Source: Phoronis australis (taxonomy: Eukaryota > Animalia > Phoronida). From it: a stretch of DNA of 64,000 nucleotides. The position numbers and the translations under genes were made by a program. The stretch lies in assembly GCA_002633005.1 (NCBI GenBank), contig NMRA01000061.1:493150-557149 (forward strand), in the 5' to 3' direction. Under the pieces are notes generated by a model. It saw only the letters and a program-made list of their open reading frames with translations, searched no databases and was not told where the DNA came from. Every line of letters starts with the position of its first letter. Position 1 is the first letter of the stretch. Below, one piece after another: positions 29,273-41,140 of this stretch.

Positions 29273-32200
29273 GGAATTCAAACAGTAAGTAGTAACATTT
29301 CGTTTTTCGATCTCAAAATTTGGAGGAAGATGAGTGCAGTGTCTGCCATGGACAACGGGGCCGAAACAACACAATGTGGGATTGAGGATGGTCTGGACGG
29401 TAGTAGTGTTAAGAAACATTTTAATGTTAAATTATGTACGCAGTGAAAAATGTGCACGACACTGGAGTCTTTGTCCCGGTCGAAAATCATTTCAATATTA
29501 ATTTGCGTTTAGCTCCGGTCCCCAGTTCACTTCCAAGTGCCCCAGGTTGCCTTTCTTTTCACCCCCACCCCACCCCACCCCACCCCACCCCCGGTCTCCA
29601 AAAATTTCAGCCCCATTGAACCCACTGAATGCCTCTAGCCATGCCAGTGGTACGCAATATATATATCTTATGCGTCGTCCGGCAATTATCCATTTTGGGA
29701 CCACCGAAATGGCACGACGATAAGAGTAAACAGAGAGAAGCTCTATATTAGATTTCAATGCTATGGTACAAGGCCTCTGAAATTGTATCTTTTGTCTGTC
29801 TAGACCCAATGGCAGAAAGACCACATTGCAGCTTTATTTAAATAAATGTAATTCTTTTTTGTTGAAATTGAATCTTCTTTATTTCTCGAAGCCAAATATT
29901 TAGAGGCTTCGTCGATTGTTGAGCAAACAAGTCTCTCCCCTAGGGGCCAACCTGTTGTAAAACTCTTTTGAACCGTTCACTGTTTGCGTCAATTTTACAC
30001 CGCATTACATCACCTTTCAAAGTAAGTCAAGAATGGATTACTAAGATTTCACCAAAACTCTCGGACAAAGTACGCGTGATCACCCGTTACTAAACTAAGG
30101 TAAGAAAACAAGGTATTTCTACCGCATACTAATATATATTCAAGTTGAACAATAGAGCGCTTTCAATATCTTCAATCCGCAGGTGAAATGGGGTGTTGTT
30201 TATAAACACGAAACAAGAGCAGTACAAAGAATACACATTCATGACCGGTGCAACAGGTCCTTAGCAACTACGGAACGGCTACTAACTCTTCTAACAGAGT
30301 CCATTCATTAAACCGTAAATGACGTTGGCGAATAATTAGAAGAAAAATACGAGACCGGGGTCAACTAATTGGACTAAACAACAAGGCAACAATTATAAAC
30401 CCTAAGCTAAAAGAGACTGTCGGAAATGCGTAATGAGTAACACAGACATAACGGGATGCGTTGGATAATACGTCATTATTTTTTTTATCTACTGGGAGGA
30501 AAACATTTAACACTGAAGTCTCCTAATTCTGTTCTTTTCAGTAAAAGTAAAATCTTTGTGACAGTGTTGTATGACACAACAAAATGATTAAAAGAGTACT
30601 AAGTTCACAAATCATGTCACCATTTACACTTCCGGTTTTACGAATCACACTTTTTCGGGAACAACGCACTAGAGCTTGGAAAAGGCGTACACAGTGACAT
30701 GTATAACCTCGTGGAACATTGGTTTTGAGCTTTACAAAAATAAAAATTCGATTCTTATCCAAAATTTTGATTTCTAGAAGATTACAGTAAATGTCTTTAT
30801 AATTTGCATGGGTGTGTTTTGGATAAAGGTGTGTCGAAAACTCAATTTAGAAAATCGAAAGTGGATATCTAATCTGAGGAAGCCAAAAATTCACTTTTCT
30901 TGAAGATGAATATGACACGGGAAAAAGATTAAAGTTTAAATTATTCAAAAAGTTAACCTTTCTTACAAAACTCCGAATACAATGGAAAATAATTATTTTT
31001 ATACCTAGCAACAGATATTTCCTCGGCATACAAAAGCACAGCAACTCTTGGATCACCACATCACCGCTACACAGATGCGTATAGTTACGCGATTTGTTTT
31101 ATCACTACTCTGTCGTGTTTGAATGGAATCAGTTTTCATCGAAACATTGCTACCAAGGGAAGAAAGTCTTTTGTGACTATTATTATTTTAATTGCTAAGC
31201 AAACATCCCCCATCAAGGCTTTCAGTAGCAATAGTGAATAAGCCAAGCTTCCGTAACTCAGTCCCATCGCTTACATGTATGTCTACGACAGACTTTATTT
31301 GTCAATCGCAAAAGGCACGTAAAACTAGTTCATTTCCAGTTCGGTTATCTTTAGTCGGTAGTGTCAGCGTTACAATCAACAGACGGATTCTTGTTGTGAT
31401 AACAAACATTTCAACGGAAGAACAGTGTGCGTCTTCGGAGATTAGTTATCGTAAACAAGGAATAAAATCCCACAGGTGAGTCCAAGTGATGGTGAAACGG
31501 TCTTTCCAGACGTTTGACTTCATTAAAAGGTAACTTTTTAAACTGGCGGTATTTTCTCAAAAAACATAGGGGGCGTGTGAACCAGTGAGAGATTCGCACA
31601 AGGTTACGAACAGCCAAGGACAATGTTCTGCAACGCGTTGCCACTCAAATGCTGGGCGACATCAAGAGCTTTGTCGGCGACAGCTGAACCGTATAAAACC
31701 GATTCACCAAAACACCATTGCAACCTCGAGGGGTAACGAGTTGTATACTCTGTCCACGTCACTTTTTCTTGTGATAATCCCGATCTTAATTTCTCATTGA
31801 AAAGCGAGTAAGCAGCTTTGAATAGATCATTGTTGTTAAGAAAGCATAAAGGCTTATAGCGACACAACATGGCTTGTTATGATTCAGACGGCGAGAGGAT
31901 TGTCGAACGCGTTGTGCACACACAGAAGGCAACGGGAATAAGATTTTAGTCAGAATGATTTGATATCTGTTAGAAATAGAGGTAAGATTCTCTTATTATG
32001 TAGCGAGATATCATTTATAATTCAGTGCGCGTCATTCCGAAGAGGCTGATCGAATTCTAATTTTCTCGACAAACGTAAAGTCGCTTTTGTCTTATGCTTG
32101 TTCAACTGGACCCCTACCAGTAGTCGGTTGTCGCCAAGAGACGCATGGCGCTTCAACAAGGATCATTCATGTTTCATCGAGGTTATGAAATATTCAGGAA

Positions 32201-35200
32201 TTAGCTAACAACACATTTTCATAAAAGCCACCTCGTGAGTCAAGTTGATCATCATTAATCACAAAAAATATCTGGATTCGGATTGTTGTTTCGCGTGAGT
32301 TCATTCTGTGATTGCGGATAACCAGAGATCTTCTATCACCATACAAGAAGAAGATGTCTGATAACACAGTCACTTAAGTTCTGTTTAATAAAGGACGATT
32401 AAATCCCGATTTAACTTCAGAATGGCAGGTACCACAAAAGGTCTTGCCAATGAAACTGTTGTTACATGTGTTCTGAATGACGACAACTGCCCACAGCATT
32501 AAATTATTGCATCTGTCGAAGTTGTCGTGATACCCCGACCGTTAGTGAAAACGTGACAAGCCGAATCCTGGATTCTTATCATTTTTTCAACATGAAGTAT
32601 GTTGTCGAACTTGCCAAAAGTTAGATCACTGGACTAGCCAATATCCCAAACAGACACTTTCACATTGTTGCTTCAATCGCTTAAGATCAATACTTTCATG
32701 AAAAGTGAACTTGGCTGTCATTGACATGGCCAGATAGCATACAGCGATGATGGATTAAATAACGTTAAGTGCTTTGTGATCTCAACGTAGACATGCACTC
32801 CCTAGTTTTAGGAGCCAGTAACGCTCAAGAAGAGATACCTTGCATTTGTGGAAGTCTTATCACGCGTCTTGTGGTTGAAGACTTGACCGTGAATAAGGTG
32901 AACAGACAACTATGCAAGTTGGTCACGGAAAACAATTTGTGTTCATTTTGTTGTTCACGGTACAAAATGAAAGTTACGGATAAGTCGTATGGAATTCAGC
33001 TGATTGCCAGAGACGAGGAGGTAGATTTTCTTCCTCACTTATTCCATAACTGTTGGATTGTGGACTTTTCTCCTGTAGAAAATACAGTGTTATGCTGGCG
33101 TAGTATATTTCTTTGTTTAAAAATGCACTTAAGGTTGTGTCGGACTAACAGAATTTGGCAGAACAATGCACAAAATAATGTAAAAGTTTCTGAGATATGT
33201 GGTGCCGAGTTACTCAGATTTGGACATCTTTTCTGGGATCCTACGTGGCTTCAACTCAGTTGCTAGAATTTCGGCCAATATTGATTTTGTAATACCCAAT
33301 GAGCTCGAATAGCCTCACAAGGAAAGTAAAACAGAATTGCGCAATCAAAAGATTCTCATAGACGCTGTGTGTTGCCACGTGCAATGCGCAGCGGGAATTA
33401 AGCAGTAACGTTTTATTGACTTCCCATATTTCGCATAGAATTGTCGAACGTGGTCCAAACTTTGGTGGAGGATCGGCGAAGTTCACAGAACCGTATTTGG
33501 TTGTAACGGCTCTTACGTAACCGGATTTAATGCTTCTTTAACAAATTGCTTGGCGTTGCTATGTATTTCCTTATTAACTGACTAATTTCAAATCATCAAA
33601 AACTGTGTGATTATTCAATTTATTGCTTTAAGTGACACTGTAAATAAACTCACATGCATAAATTGCATAGAAACATGGCAAGTAAATAATAACGTCAAAC
33701 ATCCACCAAGTATTACAATGTGTTTAATTTACATAGCTTTCACGCAACTTGTATTTTTTCAGATATTTTCCTCCGAAGCGAAGTCATTTTGTTTAACCCC
33801 CAAAATGTACAGTATATGGGACAAAAATACAGGTTTAGAATGAGATTAGGAAAAGCTGCTACAGTTATGGAGGCCTATGCCCTAAAACAAAAGTATAACG
33901 AGAAATTAATGATGGCTATTAAGTTACATAAGCTGCCGTGCTTGATAAGTATTTTCTTACACCCAACACCCTCTTCAGGAAAGAAATGAATTAACCTTCG
34001 TGGAAAGAATCCCATAGCCGTAACGCGACCAGACCCCAGTGTGGTGTGAAAACCACGGCTTATTCTTAATTTAAACTTGGAGGTTTATCTGAAATAACCA
34101 TTACGGAATTCCTTTTTGCTTGCTGCCTTTGTTGCAAACACATGTCGGTATTGAATTCAGAATTTCCACGTACCTTGGTGAAAGTAGCAATGGTTTTGAG
34201 TGGCAATAAATTCTGCAATACACCAGACTATCGGTTTAGGATAATGGCAACGAGAACACTACCTGTGGGCATGCAAATGGGGCTCTGGTCTTCTTGTAGT
34301 TATATATAACCTGTGGAACATGTAGTTTTCAGGGTACAGAAAGATTTTGTGTTAAGGTCCACATATTAACCATTTTCTTAAAATTTTAACTTTTTCCTTA
34401 AGAGAATTACCGTTAGAAATGCGTGATGATTGTGTAGAGATTGGCAAAATTTTTCAGTGCTGAACGACAACTTAGCATCAGGCAAAGCGAAATTGTTTTG
34501 TTACTATTTACAGGAACAATCCTTCGTCCAGTTTAAACAAAAACGGTCAAGCCCTGTAAAAGAATGAACAAGGCAATAGCAATATGTATGCCAGCGATGG
34601 TTTTTGACAATATTCGAACAAACAATACATCCTGGTGCGGAAGGTTATTAGAAGAGCATTCGATTGTTCACCGTATTAAGATTTAAACAAGAATTGGTGA
34701 CGGTTGTCATTCGAGACTAAATGTAATTTTACAATTGTGTTGGTGATGCTCAGAGCATAAAGATTTTTTGTAATGTTTAGCGTACACGTGTAAATTTTAA
34801 GTCCGTCAGCAGCTATAAGCCCAAATCTTCTTCAAGCAAGCGGTCTTTTAATACTACTTTATCGATGTAAATATAGTTTCGATATGTTCCGCATTCAGAA
34901 GAGCTGAAGTGGTTTGTGGGGTTGGGAAGAAATGACAGTTATTTACTACCTGAGACCATCCTCGGCGTACGAAATAAGCCGCAGTGATCAACTTAATAAG
35001 CAGAGCCTTGTCTCAAGCACTAATAAACTGTCACTTCTTTACAGGGCCAGAAATTTTGTCTCTCTAATTTGAGAAAGGGACATGTTGAGACCACTTTCTT
35101 AAGTGTAGTTGGTCCATATCAAATGTTAGTTTTGTTACAGAATGTGGCTTTATAACAACATTGAAACCTCTGTCACTACTTCTCAGTTTGGACTAGGACA

Positions 35201-38200
35201 ATTTAGTCGACGAGCCTAATGCGTTTACAATGTTAACTCGTTAAGGTGCACTCGAACTTTGAGTTTTCACATCGAAGCATTTGACCTAACGATAACATAC
35301 ATATGTTTGCAAGTTCTTCCACTTGTGACAATTGTTTCACCAGCAGACACGTGATTTCAGATCCAAATGTTTTAGTATTCAAATCTCTTGTGTAACTGTG
35401 TAAGTGCGCAATCGTTTCGGATAAAAATTGTTTGAAGCAGGCGCACTGGTACGAGGTCTCCTGGAACCGGGGTCTAATCTTTGTAATTGAAATGAAACTC
35501 GAAATCGTTGTTTGGCATTTTCCGTTCGACTTTTGAACGAACTCAAGACAAGTGTTGTTTATTCTGTGTTTGGGAACATTGTCGTTTATGCATGCATATG
35601 AATTTTAGTTCAAGTTAACATTGTCTTCAGTGACGCCTAGATTCAACCTACAAACTCGAGTAAAGACTGAGATGTCAGGCAATCAAGTGTAAACTAGGAT
35701 TAAAGTCTTATCCACGTAACATGGGCAGCGCAGCACTATAAAAGTGTGGGGCTATAGCCCCCCAGCCCCATGTGGTGCACCGCCCATACAGTCGTAAGCC
35801 ATTATTTATTCGGGCCATATAGAATAATAAACACTTATCTTGAGTTCGCCCAGAAGCAGACTAGAAAATGCCAAACATAATTTCGAGATCTATCTTGAAT
35901 AAAAAGGTTAGACCCCGGGAAAAGTTCCCCTCTCTTACGAAAAGTTCTTACTACGTACACTAACCAAAATTTTGATCAACTAAAAATATTCTCCGAGGAG
36001 TGAAATGGAAATTCACTCGTGATTATTTTTAAACTCAACATCGTGGCGTTTTGTTTCATGCATGGAGTATGTAAACAGCGAAGTTATTTGTTTGTTATTA
36101 ATCTAAATTACTTGAAAGTTTAAACGTGAAAAAATGATGTAAAATTCAAGTGCAAAAGTGAAATCAAATTGCAGCATGACATTGGATCAACGTGGAAACG
36201 TTTCCGTTGTCAGTGGAATTTTCGGGTTCCGAAACCTGCATCAGCTTTGTGTATCTCTAAAATGCATTTGCTAATGTGCACCGTGAATACTCTAGGTGTC
36301 GCTATTCACAATTGCTTGCGACGATACCAAATACAAGTAAGCAGTTTTCGCCTTTGAACAGTGAGATAGCGTATTGATTTCTGTATTGTTTTCACGGACC
36401 TCACGAAATTGAATGAGCATCAAACATTTTGGAACGTGGGTCAACGGGACCTCAGCGTTTGGAAGTGTAGGACGAACACTGGCACAAGTTTGCTTGAACA
36501 CCTTTTCACGAGTATGATGCTTTTTGAACCAGAAGTTCGGTTATTACAAGTTACACACTGAAAATTAAAAGTTTAATAGTGCGTTATGATGTTCTCATCT
36601 TAGCGACTATCTTTGAAGTGTTTAAAATCCCATCAGCAAATACTTCAACTTGACGTGGCTTGATGTTAAAGAAACATTGTAATAACCAAAACTCTCAACG
36701 GCCACGTTCGCTCGCTAGATCACCTGCTCACTACAACACCTGCTGTTACTTTTCCACTAGTTCGAAAATGATGTGCTCAAGTTCACGCGTTACATTAACC
36801 TTAAACTGAACGCAACGTGTTTGTTTCACCAAGTCCCGTTATCATTACGTTGACATACTGTAAATAAATGATGCGCTTCAGATGGCGAATCCACACCGGA
36901 ATGCGCAGATAAAAATTGCAGTTAGACCTGATTTCAACAAAGCCACATCGAGGTGGGTTTCTAGATGAAGGAGGCATTTAAATTTTGGTAATGTATTCCT
37001 ATGAGGTTTAAAACTGAGGCCACGTTTTACTTACTTCTGTCATTCGTCTCTGAAAATCTTCAATATTCGTGAACTAAATTTGCTGTCAGGGAGTAGGCAT
37101 TGGACACTTCAATATTAATTACGTTGAGTCAACTGACTTGAGCGTTATGTATATTAGCAATTAGCAGAAAATCAACCTTTTTCAAAATCATTAAATATAT
37201 TCTTATCAACACAATTTAAAACGAAGATATACACAGAGAATTCCTTAAGATGACGTTTCCCGACGTTAAGTATGGTCCTGGACTGAATATCTTTGACCAA
37301 CAAGGAAGTTCATTTCAGTTTTTGTTCATTACATACAACAGCTAAATTAGTCCTTATGTTGGAAAGATTTTGGGACGAGGTTTAAACGTTTTGAGGTGTT
37401 TACAAGACTGTTCAAATTTATCTCTTCGGAATAGTATCTGTGTGAAATGATAAATTAGTAATTACATTCAGGTGAGAGGTGAATTGACCCGAAGAGTATC
37501 AATTATGCTATTTTGCTCTTCCACAAAAATTGTCGTATGGGTGCATCATCGGAAGAAATTTTAGACTCTTCGCTGAATAAATGGCACAGGAATTTCTATT
37601 CTTGAATAAGCAAATCGAACAGTCCACGATTAAACGACTTGAACATGTTTTTGGATCATACAACATAACTGTGTTACGCCTCTCCACCACTTAAGGAAGG
37701 CTTTGTCTGAAAAATAAGAACATCACGTTCTTGTTTTCTTTTCGTGACTAGTACTGACACTTGTATCTTCAGAATTGAGGACGAATAGAATATGGCTCTA
37801 ATCTTGCACACGATTTTTACAGAGAAGGTTTTTATACAAATTCAAGAGAACGAGTGAGATTTGGATTGTCAGTCTTTAATATTTTATGTCTGCCGGGTGT
37901 TAACTAGAGGTTAGTGATATTTATCTCTTGAGGCCTGTATATCAGTTCCAATATGCCTATTCATTTCGAAAGAAAGTAAACTATTACATCACCTGCCAAC
38001 CGTGAGGTGTTTTATGCAATTCACTTGGATAGATTTATAATAACAGGTTTTCTTTTCGTCTCTTGTATTCGCGAAATACAAACAACTTTGTTGTACAAGA
38101 TACATACATGTACATTAGAGCCATAACCTTCATCCAGTTTTCGACGGCAGAGTGGGCGGAGTTTCTTTTCCGTGATTTTATTTGCTGTATAAATTTGTCG

Positions 38201-40288
38201 GTGGTCAACAAGTTTATTGACCTTTAAATTTGTTTGCTAACAGGCGAAAAAAAGACAGTGTACACAACAAAATCCGTGCTATGAATGTTAACATCTGTAT
38301 TAGGCGGCCACACTGATTCATGGACTTGTCTCGTTTATTTTGCTTTCCGTATCAACACTTGATCATTTCTGAACATTATATTTTTGCAGAGGACTTCTCA
38401 AAAATAGTTACTTTTGTGTCTTTCTTTGTATACATGGAAGTTAGGGGCCGACGATCTAACGGCCATAATCGGCTTTAACGCATTTTTCAGTATCATTGTT
38501 GAATGCGGGGATGTCCGCCGGGAACACTTAGAGTATTTTCGTAGCATCATATTTCGCCTCGGGCATGAGATTGGCTGTATGGCTGAAGTCCGATCATGCG
38601 CTGATAGCGTTCATCTCCGAGGGAAAATTTGAGACTACAAAAATACCAGAGGTGTTCTGGATGCCGCGGGGGTTGTGAGCGGGTAGATTCCACGTTGGTG
38701 CTGATTTGAGAAAACTGCTTTTCTCGACGATTCAAAATCGAGGTTTTTGTTGGCACTAAAAGTTCTACGTTATTACGAACTCAGTCTGAATGTCAATGAC
38801 TTGATATGCTCATTAATGTTTTCATGCACGTATGTTTAACCTAGGACTGACTAGATTCGAGTGCAAAACTATAACTCGAAATTTTTTGCCGGTGTCATCA
38901 ATTGCGAAGTTCGTACTTTGGTAGAACAGACAATATCAAATATTAAATGGAGGTCGAGTTCGAAGATAAGTTAAACGCCCCAGTACAATATTCTAACAGG
39001 TGAAGCATCTGTCTACCAAGATGCAAGAACTTCCCCTCCTTATCTCGAGCTTAGCTCTGTTTTTCTTCGCAATAAGTGTTCTTAACATTTGCGTTAAAGT
39101 ACATTGCGATTTGTGCAGGAAAGCACATTACCCAGATTCGCAAAAATTGATACCAACGCTCAAGGTATAACTACCACATTTTCAGTCTGAACTCCGTGCA
39201 GTTTTAATTCGACTCTAGGTCCCTGAGTGCGAACTTTGTGCAACTAAAGACACTCATCTCGAGTTCATAACCAAGTAGAGGAGAAAGTATAAAATCTAAA
39301 ATGGAGTTCGACGTCGATTGGATTTGGGGTCCTAGATGAGATGTCTTGGTCATCTTAAAGCCCAAGCTTTTGACTAAGGCTCGTGTAATGTGACCTACGC
39401 AACCCGGGGCGTTGTTTTCTGATAAAAGTCACCCAATCGCGGCAAAGGTGTCAATCCTTAGGATTACATTGCTAATTATGCCTGTACGTGTTGGACTTTG
39501 TTATTGTCTACCACGAAAAAATGTGTAGATCGAAATAAATTTATTTAAGATTAGAAAAGATAACGTTGTACCAACACGTACTTGTATACGATTGATAACC
39601 ATGAAGTGTTCAGTATTTACATGTATTTGAACATTAATCAACGAGTAGTCAACAATTTAAACTTTCCTGTGCCAATTTTCATATTAACAACGATCAAAAG
39701 CGTTTTTTGGTATTACGGCTTACAAAAAGGTGACAGGAGAAAATTTGAAATGATATAACTAAATAAGTAACTGCCGTATGTAATAGATACGGATTATTAA
39801 ATTCAACTTGTATGGTTTTGACAGGTCGCCATTTATTGTAACTGTTGAGCGTTACGCAATTCTCCAATAACCTTTTCGTTGCGAGGCAACAGGTTGACAA
39901 GTATTGATTAAAATGTTAATTAGATTTTTGCCAAATGGCTAATTTACACTTGAATAGCTGCGTAATATTGTGAACAATAAATCACGTTCCGCTGACGATC
40001 AGAAAACTGGAAATGCACGGAGAACTGCAAATCATTTTGTACACGTTGCGCGCAGCCGTTTATAGAGTCTAAACAAATTACGTGTACACGTGCAAGGTTT
40101 TTCCAGCAAACAACGTCTTCAAAAGACAATTTCATGTTTGAAACAACTTACAGAATAACCACCCGAGAACCTCAAGTTTTCTGGTGGCCGACTTTTCTCG
40201 CAATTCTATCTCCTTGCACAGCAAACTCCCTATTACCAATGTAAGGTTTAGTACTGTAGGCGATTCACGAGCATCTTTGGTAATTTGT

Positions 40289-40302
40289 GTATCTATGGTG
40301 AC
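40289..40302. promoter_or_regulatory. RFX X-box-like site upstream of the 579-aa ORF
   Basis: GTATCTATGGTGAC fits GTHNYY-AT-RRNAAC with one mismatch. Forkhead-type ATAAACAA (about 40403) and GTAAACAA (40421) follow. Confidence 0.4.
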
Positions 40303-41140
40303 GAAGCACCATGGGCCAGAATTTTGGTCAAGGCAAAAGATCACCAATACACCGAAAAAAGGAAAAAAGCTAACGACAAGCTAATAAATGCATAAGCTTG
40401 CGATAAACAACACGAAATAAGTAAACAATTATGTTTTAGTTTTTCAAGAGTCCAGTTGGTCCAAGCAGAGAACTTTTGACAGTTGGACAGCAATCAGTTC
40501 AGTAATCATTATGTACAAAAGCCTCATCATAATATATCTATAAGTGCAGGGCTATAAACCCGGTTCGCTTCATCAGTTGTGTAAAGCTTTTTTACAACGA
40601 GTGCATCAGCGGACGTAATTTTATCACAAGCTAACCTTTAGTTCAGTTATGTTCGTATGGCAAGATCCCCTGTTTGATTTTCACAATGCAGTCTTTGTGT
40701 GTTCGCAAAATAAATATGCAAAATACAAACATGTGCCCATGGGAATATTCTCTGTTTACACCGATCCAATTCATAATTTGGTCTCGTTTTTTCGGAGCCA
40801 ATGAGTACCTGGGTTCATCGTCAGTGGAAACTTAATCATCAATTTACCTTGTATGACCTTTCAAACATGTGCAGCACTACAAGTAAATGCTCGAATTTAA
40901 TTGGTAAGAAAGGGCACATTGTATTGCTAAACTCTTAGAACATGGAGAACCAAGATTGGTCATGAAGCGTTTTAAATTAATGGCCCTTGCAACATAGCAC
41001 TCTTTCACCTGAAGATATCTTTATCTAATTTCAGATGTCTTAATGACGAGAAGACGTCTAAAGTCACATTAGCCGAGATAACGGTGGCAATTTTTAACAA
41101 GGATCGTTGACAAGCACTCGAAGCACATCGCAAGTGTTCA

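Noticed and set aside
29105-29419. FNARWPEDA repeat ORF / CRISPR-like appearance
   Set aside because: Head-to-tail 27-bp units with no unique spacers, in eukaryotic DNA with no cas genes; this is a minisatellite.
32769-33266. 165-aa ORF in the intergenic gap
   Set aside because: Non-ATG start, no recognisable motif, no clear splice context, and the 3' end overlaps repeat-like sequence.
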